Positions 52,036 to 64,000 of a DNA stretch of 64,000 nt are shown here, one piece after another (position 1 is the stretch's first letter; each line of letters opens with the position of its first letter). The stretch comes from Mobula hypostoma (lineage: Eukaryota): positions 178,500,001 to 178,564,000 of the forward strand of contig NC_086097.1 of NCBI RefSeq assembly GCF_963921235.1. The letters are read 5' to 3'. Made by a program: the position numbers and the translations under genes. The notes beneath the pieces are model-generated. The model was not told the origin of the DNA, did not search any database, and worked only from the letters and a program-made list of their open reading frames with translations.

Positions 52036-52389
52036 TCCCTGCAATGTATTCTCTCTCTCACATTCCCATCAGCTTCTCCTAGATGCCACCATTCACCCAC
52101 ATACTAGGCACACTTTACTGCAGCTAATTAACCCACCAATCTGCACATCTTTGGGATGTAGGAGGTAACTGGAGCACCCGGAGGAAACATGTTCACAGCA
52201 AGAACATGAAAATTCCACATAGACAGCACCAAAGTCAGGTGTGAACTGTTGTTACTGGAGCAATGAGTTCCCATCAGTGTGAACAAGCAGATGGTTCTCA
52301 CTCCATAGATATGGTGCATTTGTACCATATTCTACTATTTAACTTCACTTCACAATGGTTTGGCCTTAACCTACCCTCAGGATAGACTT

Positions 52390-53250
52390 TGTTAGTGTGG
52401 GATGTTGCATTTTGGAAGGTTAAATTAAGGTAGGACTTTCACAGTGAACAGCAGGGCCCTAGAGAGTGTTGTAGAACAGATAGACCTTGGAGTTCAGGTA
52501 CATTGTTCCCTGAAAGTGGAGTCACAGTTAGAGGGCGAGGTGAAGAAAGCTTTTGATATGCCAGCCTTCGTCAGTCAAGGCAATGAGTATTAAGTTGGGA
52601 TGTAATATTGTGGAGTACTGTGTTCAGTTTGGTCTCCCAGATATAGGAAAGATGCTATTAAACTGGAAAGAGTGCAAAAAAAGATTTACATGAATGCAAA
52701 ACTACAAACAAGAGAAAATCTGCAGATGCTGGAAATCCAAGCAACACACGCAAAATGCTGGAGGAACTCAGCAGGCCTGGCAGCATCTATGGAAAAGAGT
52801 AAACAGTTGATGTTTCAGCCTGAGACTATTCTTCAAGAATGTAGTCAAGACATGAGGGATGACTTATGGAGAAATATTGGAGACAGACTAGGACTTTATT
52901 CCTTGGAATTTATGAGACTGAGAGTGATCTTATGGAGGTGTATAAAACCATAATGGATATCGATAAGATGAATGTAGTCAGTCTTTTTGTCCAGGTAGAG
53001 GAATCAAGATCTAGAGGCATAGGTTTAAGGTGAAAGTGGAGATGTTTAACGGGGGTAACTTATTTACATAGAGGGTAGTAGAATGAGCTGCCAGCAGAAG
53101 TGATTGAGGCAAATAATTTTAAAAGATAGATGGGCAGATACATGGATGGCAAAGGTTTAGAGAGATATAGGTCAAATGCAGGAAAATGGGCTATTGGGAA
53201 GGAATCTTAACCAGCATAGACCAGTTGGGCTGAAGGGCCTGTTTCCATGG
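52390..53250 (+). mobile_element. Old CR1 3' fragment with nested antisense Penelope-like end (about 52703-52838)
   Basis: EYCVQF and LGLYSLEF motifs; the nested segment is the reverse complement of the Penelope terminal module. Confidence 0.75.
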
Positions 53251-54719
53251 CTCAGAATGTGAGAAAATAAATTGTTAACCAACATGTCTTGCCAGGTGTT
53301 GCTCTCTCATTGCATCTCACACCCGGATGCAATGAGCTTCAGTAGATGCCTCAGGACAGTCTGCTGGTCTTTGCAAAGTCTTCAACTTCTCAAGGCACTG
53401 ACAAACTTTGACCTTCCAGCGCAACTCACAGCAGTGCATCGGCACAATAGCGAGACGGGGAAATATCAACCTCTCTTCCTAACACCTGTGTCCCATGGAA
53501 GTTCAAGTAAAGAGCAAGAATAATGCTGATTAAGTCAACCCAAGCTCCCTTAAGAAACCAGGAATAACGAGAGGCCATTCTACCCCTCAGGTCTGCTCTC
53601 ACATGATCGATTTTTGTGCTAAATATTTATTAATGTCACAGCATGAAAACAGATCCTTTGACACCCCTCGGCCTCTGATGCTCCAGACAAAACAACCCAA
53701 GTTAACCCACCCTCCACACTGACCAAGGTGCCCACCTACGCTCTAAATGGTCTGATGCAGGAACTCAGCACAATAAGCAGCATCTGTGGGAGGTAATGAG
53801 TTGATGATAGTTCTGTATCGGGACTGATTTACCACCATGTTCAATGTTTCAAATTTTGGTTGATTGAGGGATAGTGTATTTTGCAACTAAGTTCTTGCCC
53901 CTGGCACAGAAGTCTTTGTCTATGGGGTGCCTCTATCCCGTGTCTTCTTATATGTTTCTGACAGATGAATTATCCATGACAGATAACTCAAAACACCAGA
54001 AAGTTACCACCAATGAGGGCTCCACAAAATCCTTCAGATTCATTATATTGATTGGCCAGGCGCTGAATACAGGCGTCTGGATGTCACATCACAGCGATTT
54101 AAAACTTTGGTTCAGCCACTTTTGGATTTCTGTGTGCATTTCTGGTTGCCTCATTACAGAAATTTTGGAGAGGGTGCAGAAGAGGTTCACCAGAGTGCTG
54201 CTTGGATTTGAGAGTATTAGGTACAAAGACAGGGTGGGTAAACTTGAATTGTTTTCTCTGGAGCATCAGAGGGTGAGGGGAGACCCAACATAAATTTATA
54301 AAATCATGAGAGCTGTAGATAGGTGTAGACAGTCGGAATCTTTTTTCCAGAGTAGAAATATGAAATATTAGAGGATGTAGTTTTAAGGTGTGAGAGAGAG
54401 CATATTAAAGGAAGAGTGAAGGGTAAGTTTTTTACCCAGGGAGTGGTGGGCACTTGGAACAAACAACCAGAGGTGTTGGAGGAAGCAGACATGGTACTGG
54501 AGTTTCCAAGGCATTTAGACAGGCCCAGGATGGAGAGAAAAAGATTCAGTTTTAAAATTTGGCATTATGAGCCTGATGCTGTCCTGTCCCGCCCTATGTT
54601 ATACGAGGCTCCAGTTACAGGCAGTCTCCTTCATTGGGCGGTGCACATTGTTCACATGCATGATAGCAGCATATCATAGCTCTGATTTCAAGCTCTGTCA
54701 GAAGAAAAGTTTCAAAGGA

Positions 54720-55270
54720 ATTGGTAAATTGGTTTAATGTTGTCACATGCACTGAGGAACAGAGAAAATCGTTGTTTTGCATGCAATCCATACAGATTGT
54801 TTCATCACATCAATGTGTTGACTTAGTACAAGGGATAACAATAACAGAGCGCAGAATAAAGTATGACAGTTCCAGAGAAAGTGCAGTACAGGTAGACAAT
54901 AAAGTGCAAGGACATGTTGAGGTAGATTGCGAGGTGAAGAGTCCTCGTAGACCATTCAATAGTCTGACATGGCGGGGTAGAAGCTGTCCTTCAGCCTGGG
55001 GGTATATGCTTTCAGGTGTTTCTATCTTCTACGTGATGGCAGAAGGGAGAGGAAAGAATATCTGGGGAGGGTAGTGTCTATGATCATGCTGACAGCTTTA
55101 CTGATCCTGCAGGGAGAGTAGGCAGAATCCCTGGAGAGGAGGCTGGTTTCCATAATGTGCCGAGTTGTGTCCACAACTCTCTGTACTTCCTTGCAGTCAT
55201 GGTCAGAGCAGTGGATGTACCAAACTGTGGATGTAGGATGCTGTCAGAGATTGTAGGATCTGGATAGGAT
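54720..55270 (-). mobile_element. Rex1/Babar-type 3' end/UTR (uninterrupted reference copy)
   Basis: Homologous to 11240-12225 and 49381-50275. Confidence 0.75.
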
Positions 55271-55774
55271 ATTAAATCTATTTATTTATTTCGCGACACA
55301 GCATGAAACAGTCCCTTCTGGCCCAACAAGCCACACTGCCCAGTGACCCACCTATTTAAGAGTAGCCTAATCACGGGAGAATTTACAATGACCAATTAAC
55401 CTACTAACCAGTATGCCTTGGACTGTGGAAGGAAACTGAGCACTCGAAGGAAACCCACGTGGTTTATGGAAGAGCATATAAACTCATTAAAGACGGCATG
55501 GGAATTGAACTCCAAGCTCCGGAACGCCCTGAGCTGCAATAGTGTTGAACTAACCACTACACCACCATGGTGCAAATGGCAAAGCAGGTAACTCATTCAC
55601 CATTCGACTTTCACCTTTCATTCACTCTCCACAATAGCACCACCCCTGCGCTCTCGGGGTAGAATCATTGAGTTAAACAGAATGTAAACACGACAGTCAG
55701 CCCAACTCATTCATGCCAGAAAAGATGCCCAACCAAATTAGTCCCATTTGCCTGTGTTTAGCCTGAAGTCGCAT

Positions 55775-56537
55775 ACCAATCCTCATAGAGGGATCAGAAG
55801 TGGAAAGAGTGAGCAGTTTCAAGTTCCTGGGTGTCAAGATCTCTGAGGATCTAACCTGGTCTTAACATATAGATGTAGTTATAAAGAAGGCAAGACAGTG
55901 GCTATACTTTATTAGGAGTTTGACAAGATTTGGCATGTCAACAAATACACTCAAAAACTTCTATAGATGTACTGTGGAGAGCATTCTGACAGGCTGCATC
56001 ACTGTCTGGTATTGTCTGGTATGGGGGTGGGGGGAGGATGCTACTGCACAGGACTGAAAGAAGCTGCAGAGGGTTATAAATTTAGTCAGCTCCATCTTGG
56101 GTACTAGCCTACAAAGTACCCAGGACATCTTCATGGAGCAGTGTCTCAGAAAGGCAGCGTCCATTATTAAGGACCTCCAGCACCCAGGGCATGCCCTTTT
56201 CTCACTGTTATCATGAGGTAGGAGGTACAGAAGCCTGAAGGCTCACACTCAGTGATTCAGGAACAGCCTCTTCCCCTCTGCCATCTGATTCCTAAATGGA
56301 TATTGAACCCTTGGACACCACCTCACTTTTTAAAAATATATCATATTTCTGTTTTTTGCATGATTTTTAATCTATTCAATATACATATACTGTATGAAGT
56401 ATATTGTATACTGAATAAAGTTTACTTACTTATTTATTATTTTTTTCTTCTAAGTTATGCATTGCATTGAACTGCTGCTGCTAAGTTAACAAACTTCATG
56501 TCATATGTCGGTGGTAATAAACCTGATTCTGATTCTG
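55775..56537 (+). mobile_element. Rex1/Babar-type LINE 3' end
   Basis: VERVSSFKFLGV, FYRCTVESILTGCITVW and KAASIIKD motifs; tail ctgattctgattctga. Confidence 0.88.
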
Positions 56538-56666
56538 ACCACTAAACTCAGAAATAGCTATTTTCCTGTACCCATCATGTTCTTGAACCGACCTGACAGC
56601 AACAGAATACTACAAACAACCTCTTGCACTACCATGGACTTGTCTCTGATTGTGTTTTTGTTTTTA

Positions 56667-56669
<3 letters not shown>

Positions 56670-56701
<32 letters not shown>
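56670..56701. repeat. (CT)n microsatellite
   Basis: About 15 CT units. Confidence 0.95.
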
Positions 56702-56703
<2 letters not shown>

Positions 56704-59326
56704 GTCTTGCATCATTTATTTTCTGTGAGTCCTCTGTACCTACGTACCTGTGATGCTGCTGCAAGCAAGTTTTTCCATTGTACCCACACCTCACATGACC
56801 ATAAACTCAACCTGACATGATATTTCCTATCCATGTACCTGAATAAGTATCTTCTAAACACTGCAACTGTACCTGCCTCCACTACTTCTTCCAGCAGCTC
56901 ATTCTGAATACTCCCTGCTGTCTGTGTGAAAAAGTTGCTCCTCAGGCCCCTTTTAAATCATCCCACTCTCATCTTAAACGTGTTGGATTTCTCTACCCTT
57001 GGGAAAAGCGCTTCATTTGTGCCCCTCATGACCTTACAAACCCCATAAAGCCTCCAACGCCCCAGGGAAAACAGTACCAGCCTGTCCAGTCACTAGATAT
57101 CACTCAGGTCCTCCAGTCCTGCTAACAACATCATTAATCCTTTTTTGCACCCACTCCAATTTGATGACATGTATGTTTCCTATAGCAGAGTGACCAGAAC
57201 TGTACACAGGACTTCAAGCATTGCCTCCCCAATATCTTGGACAATTGCAACATAACATCTTATACTCCGTACTCAGTGCCCTAACTGATGATGGCCTGTG
57301 TGCCAAAAGCCTTCTTCACCACCCTGTTTACCTGCAATGCCACTTTCAGGGAACCATGTACCTGTACTCCTAGAGCCCTCTGCTCTGCAACACCCCCCAC
57401 AGGGCCCCACCACTTGCTGTGAGTCCTTCACAGCAGGACAGCCATTCTATCCAGCTCTTGTACCCATGTGCCTGGTCCCGTTGAGTTTTCGGGCAACAGT
57501 TCAAGATACTATATAATTATTTTGCAGCACTAATGACATTCAGGTTAGCACCAAAACTGTGCTCTGCATTTCACAGTAACATCACAGGAACATAATGCTG
57601 TCCTTAAAATTGGAACTGAGATCCTGGGAGACACTGGTACATCACTATACAATTCAGCAAATCAAAACCGACTGCAATAGTATTGGGCTATTTCCCGATG
57701 TGAAACAATACTTTAAGCTGTTTTCATGGAGCCTTAGAAATTCGATTTCTCCAATAACCCAAAGAAGAGAATTCCTTGATAAGGAAGGTGCATGATCTCC
57801 CCACCTCAATACTTTCCCACAATACTTAAATTTAAAATTAATGCAATAACTTCAAACGCAGCTCACAGAAGACTAATTAACATTCCACCCATAAACTATC
57901 ACTGCAATCAAAATGTAATGAATTTCAAGCTATTATTTCGAGGAGCACAGAGTAAAATATGACCAATAGGCCTTTGAACATCTTCTACAGCTGGTCCTGT
58001 GCATCAATCTCTACAATCTCTGCCTCTCCTAATCCATAAACCTGCCCATCTCAATCTTGTCTATCCAGAATAACTCTGTCTCTGCAGTTCTCTGCTGATC
58101 CACAACCCACTGAGCGACAAGGTTTTGCTCCAGATATTCAACCCCTTGTCATATCACTGTGCCCCTAAGAATCTGGGGAGACACAATGGCACAGCTTGTA
58201 GAGCCACTGCCTGGGAGTTCCAGAGACCTCTGGCACAGTCTGCATGGAGTTTGCATGTTTTCTCTATATCCCCCCAGGTTTTCTGGGTACTTCCCACATT
58301 CCAAACACTGTGGAGGATGGTGGATTAATTGACCATAGTCAATTGCTCCTGGGGTGTGGGCAAGGAATCGAATGTGATGTGGAAATGTGGACAAAATAGG
58401 TTACAGGGAGAGTTAACAAGAGGATAGGATGGAGACTTGATGGGCCAAATAGCCAGGGAGGATGATTGCTTCATAAATCAGCACAGTCTCCTTCTATGTT
58501 GTAATGAAATACAGAAATTATCACCATTCCAGGCAGGTAGACTCTCAACACCCACCCAGCAAAAGCCCTCGAAACGTGGCTTTACCAACTTGACCCACTC
58601 TACGACTACAGCAGATGTTTCAATGAGGATTTTGCTCATGAAGGGTTGGTCTCTCACTCCCTGTTCCTCACTGAGAAGCAAATAGGAGAATTGCTTCGTA
58701 GCCATCTTGGGTGGACACAACCTCCTTAGGAGGGCAGATCTCTCACCCTTCCCCCCTCCCAGCGGCCTGACACCCCACTATTTCCCTGCCCCTCCTAGTC
58801 ATGGGAGAGGAGGCACCATGTCAGGAAGGGGCTGAAGCCTTGGAGACCGGGCACAGGTTCCTCAGGGGGACTGAAGTGTTAATGTTTGGGTGGGTGTTTC
58901 CCCTGGTGGAGGAACCAAGGGGCAGAGTCTCGTAATAAAGGAGTAACAAAATATTTGCTGGAGGAGGGACGTAGAGGCTTTACAGAGAATGCAGAGGAGA
59001 TTTACCAGGATAATGCCTAGTTTAGAGAGCATTTCTTATGAGGAAAGATTGAGTGAGCTAGCACATTTTTCTCTGGAGTGAAGGAGGGTGAGAAGAAACT
59101 TGATAGAGGTGCACTAAGTGATAAGAGGCATAGACAGAGTGGACAACCAGCAACTTTTTCCCAGAGCGGCAATGGCTAATATAAGGGGGCATAATTTCAA
59201 GGTATTGGAGGAAAGTTTAGGAGGGATGTCGGAGGTGGGTTTTAAACACAGAGAATGGTAAATGTAGGCAACACATTGCTGGGAGATAATTGTAGAGGCT
59301 GATACATTAGAGAAGCAAGCACACAA

Positions 59327-59748
59327 TAGTCATAGTCATACTTTATTGATCCCAGGGGGAAAATGGTTTTAGTTGCAGTTGCACCATAAATAATAAATAG
59401 TAATAAAACCATAAATAATTAAATAGTAATATGTAAATTATGTCAGGAAATAAGTCCAGGACCAGCCTATTGGCTCAGGGTGTCTGACCCTCCAAGGGAT
59501 GAGTTGTGAAGTTTGATGGCCACAGGCAGGAATGACTTCCTATGACGCTCAGTGCTGCATCTCAGTGGAATGAGTCTCTGGCTGAATGTACCCCTGTGCC
59601 CACCCAGTACATTATGTACTGAGTGGGCACATCACTCATCCCCACAACATCACTGGCCTTACAAATGAGTTTGTTGATTCTGTTGGTGTCTGCTACTCTC
59701 AGCCTGCTGCCCCAGCACACAACAGCAAACACGATAGCACTGGCCACC
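59327..59748 (-). mobile_element. Rex1-type LINE 3' end with a fold-back at an internal junction
   Basis: VVASAIVFAVVCWGS..RINKLICKASDVVG motif; shares its 3' UTR with 63270-63528. Confidence 0.82.
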
Positions 59749-59749
59749 A

Positions 59750-60330
59750 CAATACTGGAGGAACTCAGCAAGTCAGGCAGCATCTATGGAGATGAGCAAA
59801 CAGTTGCTGTTTCAGTCCAAGATCCTTCATCCAGACTGGAAAGGAAGGGGGAAGAAGCAAAAATGAGAAGGTGGGGCAGGGAAGGGAGCGAGCACAAGCT
59901 GGCAAGTGATAGGTAAAACCAGCTGAGGAGGCAGATATGTGGCTGGAGGAGGGGAGATGAAGTGAGAAACTAGGACGTGATAGGCCAAAAAGGCAAAGGG
60001 TCGAAGAAGGAGGAATCTGATAGGAGAAGAGAGTGGACCATGAGAGAAAGAGAAGGAGGAAAGGCACCAGAAGGAGGTGATGAGCTGGTGAGGAGAAGAG
60101 AAGGGCTTAGAGAGGCACCAGAATGGGGAATGGACAAAAAGAGAGAAGGGGGATGGGGAAAGAAATGACCAGAAATTAAAGAAATTGCTGTTCATGCTGT
60201 CAGATTGGAGGCTACCCAGACAGAGCATGAGGTGTTGCTCCTCCAACCTGGGGCTGGCCACATCGTGGCAGTAGAGGAGGCCGTAGACCAACATGTTGGA
60301 ATGGGAATGAGAAGCGGAACTAAAATAGGT
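59750..60330 (-). mobile_element. Penelope-like 3' portion
   Basis: SHSHSNMLVYGLLYCHD..RLEEQHLM..GSLQSDSMN motif plus the terminal module. Confidence 0.82.
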
Positions 60331-60779
60331 GGTATCAGAGACATTTAAGAGACTCTTAGGTGGATACATTGATGAAGAAAATGGAGGGCTATGTGGGAAG
60401 GAAGGGTTAGGTTGATCTTTGAGTAGGTTAAAAAGTCAGCACAACATTGTGAGCCAAAGGGCCTGTAATGTGCTGTACCGATCTCGGTTGTACGTTCTAT
60501 GAGCTCAGCAGGTTGAGCTGCAACACCCAATCCTGAAGTATGGTTTCGACCCGAAACGATAATTCCTTTCTCCTCACAGACACTGCCAGACCCACTGAGT
60601 TTCCCCACCATTTCAGAGGTGAGGAGGAATTTCCTGGCTTGGATAGTGGTGAATCTTAGAAATTCTCTCAAAGAAGGATCAACACAGTGCGATTTCTGTT
60701 CTATAGGCTGCAGGGGGGGGGAGGGGGGTCAAAGGAGAACAGTGGGTCTGAGTCCTGCAACAAATCAGCCTTCCTAAAG

Positions 60780-62620
60780 AAAAAGTTTATAACATTTATA
60801 AAATTCTGAGGGGTGCAGAAAAGGTAGACTGAGTCTTTTTCTCAGGGCAGAAATGTCAGATACTAGAGAACATGCATTTAACGTAAGAGCGATGTACTTC
60901 AAAGGAGATATGGCGGGGGTGGGCAAGGTGCTTTTCTATGTGGAGAGTGGTGAGTGCCTGGAATGTGCCCCTAGGGGTGGAGATGGAAGTAGATATGATA
61001 GTGATACTTAAGAGGCTTTTAAAACACACGGGTATGCGGTGAATAGAGGGATATGGATCGAGTGCAGACAGAAGAGATTTAATTTAATTTGACATCATGA
61101 TCAGCACAGATACTCTGGGCCAAAGGGCTTGTTCCTGTGTTGTACTGTTCTAGATCTATGTTCTACTGAATGGGCAAATAGGGTCTAGAAATGTACAGCA
61201 CAGAAACAGGTCCTTTGGCCCAAGTCATACATGCTAACCACGAGTCCGAAGTTCACTAGTCCCATTTGCCTTCATTACACCTGTATCCCTCAAGTCCTTC
61301 CTGATCCGAGCATCATTCATCGGTCCCTGGAGCACAGGAGAATAAGGGGAGATCTTGTAGTGATTTACAAATTTACGAGGGGTATGAATATGGCTTTTTC
61401 CTCATCAGGTTAGGTGAGACTAGAAGTAGAGGTCATAGGTTTAGGGTGAAAAGTGAAATATTCAAGTGAAACCTGAGGGAGAACTTCTTCACTCAGAAGG
61501 AGGTGTGACTGTGGAATGAGGTGCCAATGGAAGTGGCAGGTGCTGGTTCAATTATAACATCTAAGAGACGTTTGATAAGTACACGGATGGGAGGTTTAGA
61601 ACGTATAAAATAGAACATTACAGTATAGTACAGGCCCTTCAGTCCACAATGTTGTGCTGACCTTTTAATCTACTCTAAGATCAATCTGACCCTTATCCCT
61701 CACAGAGATCTCTATTTTTCTATCATCCATGTGCCTATCTAAGAGTCTATTAAACATCTCTCATGTATCTGCCTCTACCAACAACCCCTGGCAGCACATT
61801 CCATGCACTTATGTAAAACAAACCTACCTCTGACAACCCCCCCCCCCAGCAATACTTTCCTCCAATCACCTTAAAATTATGCCCCCTTGTATTAACCATT
61901 TCTGCCTTGGAAAAATGTCTCTGGCTTTCTGCTCAATCTTTGCCTGTTAACATTTTGTATACTTCTATTAAGTTGCCTCTCATCCTCCTTCACTCCAAAG
62001 AGAAAATGGCTAGCTCACTCAGCCTATCCTCATTAGACATGCTCTCTAATCCAGGCAGCATTCTGTAAGTCTCCTTCTCACCCTCTCCAAACCTATGGCA
62101 CTGGTACGGGTAGATGAGACCAGGCAGAAGATCTTTTTGGTACAGACTAGTTGTGCTGAAGGCCCCGTTTCTGTGCTGTAGTGCTCTGTGACTCTTCTCT
62201 GGAATAGTAAGCATGTTACTGCTGTAAAATACTTCAATAAGGCCACACCTAAGAGTGCTGTGTACAGTTCTGGCCACCATGCTGTAGGAAAGATGTCATT
62301 AAACTGGAGTGTATGCAAAAATGATTCCTGAGGATATTACCAGGACTTGAGGATGGGCGGGGTTTGTATTCCCAGGCATGTACGTGACTGAGGGGTGACC
62401 TCATGGAAGGGCAGAGGTTACCTGAATGGGCACAGTCTTTCCCCCCAGGACAGGGGAGTCCGAAACAGGAGGACATAGGCTTAAAGTGAGGGAGGTAAAT
62501 TTAAAATGGATCTGAGGGCAAGTTTTCCACACAGAAGGTGGCAGCCATTTGGAATGAGCTATCAAAAGATGTGGTACAGCCAGGTACAATTATGACATTT
62601 GGATAGGATAGGCTTAGAGG
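60780..62620. mobile_element. Cluster of nested old CR1 3' fragments on both strands
   Basis: Repeated RGH.F.V / WN..P motifs and TTCTATG-type tails; a minus-strand copy at about 61605-62092 splits a plus-strand copy. Confidence 0.75.
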
Positions 62621-62624
62621 GATA

Positions 62625-63865
62625 TCAAAGATCAAAGTAAATTTATTATCAAAGTACATACTGTACATGCCATCATATACAACTCTGAGATCTGTTTTCT
62701 TGCAGACAATCATAGTAAATACAAGAAACACAATGGAATCAACGAAAGACAGCAGCCAACAGAACGGACAAACAACCAATATGCAAAAGACAAGAAACTG
62801 TGCAAATACAAAAAGAAAAAGCAATAATAATAATAATAATACATAAAAAAAAATAAATATTGATAATATGAGATGAAGAGTCCTTCAAAGTAAGTCCATA
62901 GGTTGTGGGAACAGTTCAGTGATGGGGTGAGTGAGGCTGAGTGAAGTTATCCCCTGGTTCAAGAGCCTGATGGTTGAGGTGTAATAACTGTTCCTGAACC
63001 TGGTTGTGTGAGTCCTGAGGCTCCTGTACCCCCTTCCTATTGACAGTATTGAGAAGACCCCATGGCCTGGATGGCAGGTGCCCTTGATGAGGAGTTCGGT
63101 GGGTAATACCGTTCCGGCTGACCGGAAGTGCACTGATAGCGGTAAGCGTAAAGGAGTTCGGTGCTTACTGTTCTGGCTAACAATGGATGGTGCAATCTGG
63201 GGTATATTACAATCGAGGAACGTGTTTGCAGACTGGATATTGAACTTTTTACTGTTGGACTTCGGCCACATTCCACCGAGATACAACACATGGCAGCACG
63301 GGAGGTCGTTCCTGCCTGTGGCCATCGAACGTGCAGCTCCTCCCGTGGAGGGTCAGACACCCTGAGCCAATAGACTGGTCCTGGACTTATTTTCCATCTG
63401 GCATAGTTTGCATTTTGGTGTTTGATTGTTGGGGTTTTTTGTATTGCTATATTTACGCTCTATTCTTGGTTGGTGAAGCTGTAACGAAACCAAATTTCCC
63501 TCGGGATTAATAAAGTATATCTATCTATGATAGATACTGCTTTTCGTGTAAATGTGCTCAATGGTGAGAGGACTTTACTCGTGATGAACTAGGCTATATT
63601 CACTACTTTTTGGAGGCTTTTCCATTGAAGGGCATAGGTGTTTCCATACCAGGCCTTGATGCAACTAGTCAGTACACTCTCCACTGCACAGCTATAGAAG
63701 TTTGTCAAAGTCTTAGATGACATGTAGGATCCTCGCAAACTTCTAAGAAAGTAGAGCTGTTGCCGTGCTGTCTTTGTATTTACACTTATGTGCTTGACCC
63801 AGGACAGATGATCTGAAATGATAACACAGGAATTTAAAGTTGCTGACCCCTCTCCACCTCTGATG
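62625..63865 (-). mobile_element. Rex1/Babar-type LINE 3' portion, interrupted
   Basis: IKGTCHPGHGVFSILSIGRGYRSLRTHTTRFRNSYY motif; resumes at about 63529. Confidence 0.8.
63090..63528 (+). mobile_element. Internally deleted Rex1-type element (endonuclease segment fused to the extreme 3' end)
   Basis: ADRKCTDSGKRKG / LTVLANNGWC..DIELFTVGLRP joined directly to IPPRYNT..RSFLPVAI, then 3' UTR, aataaa and a (TATC)n tail. Confidence 0.78.
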
Positions 63866-64000
63866 GACCAGACACAGGCAAATGGGATTAGCTCAGACGG
63901 GCACTTTGGTCAGCATGGACAAACTGGGCCACAGGATCTGTTTATGTGCTGCATAATTCTACCTGATCAAACGTTGTAGTTACTCTTGCTTCCACCAGCT

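Noticed and set aside
53308..53334. 9-bp hairpin cattgcatc/gatgcaatg
   Set aside because: Short enough to arise by chance in 64 kb, with no junction context.

Overview
Vertebrate nuclear DNA, most likely from a cartilaginous fish (ray or shark). That assignment is inferred from the HE1/V-SINE-like SINEs, DeuSINE-like relics and esterase-type CR1 families. Most of the window is decayed, deeply nested transposable elements: two near-full-length CR1 LINEs plus many 3' fragments, Rex1/Babar-type LINE ends, one AviRTE-like RTE LINE, Penelope-like elements (GIY-YIG remnants, hammerhead-ribozyme cores), a deleted chromovirus-type Gypsy provirus, a solo LTR, two hAT derivatives, a Tc1 relic and SINEs. 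I found no recognisable host protein-coding gene, and nearly all ORF-track entries are TE fragments or their antisense shadows. The most unusual signal is a set of local templated-insertion and fold-back scars: a 333-bp near-perfect inverted duplication, a hairpin followed by a 201-bp copied segment, two 17-18-bp fold-backs and iterative fillers. Several of these lie in Rex-type LINE 3' ends. All family calls come from reading motifs by eye, without database searches. Boundaries are approximate unless a TSD or terminal motif is quoted.
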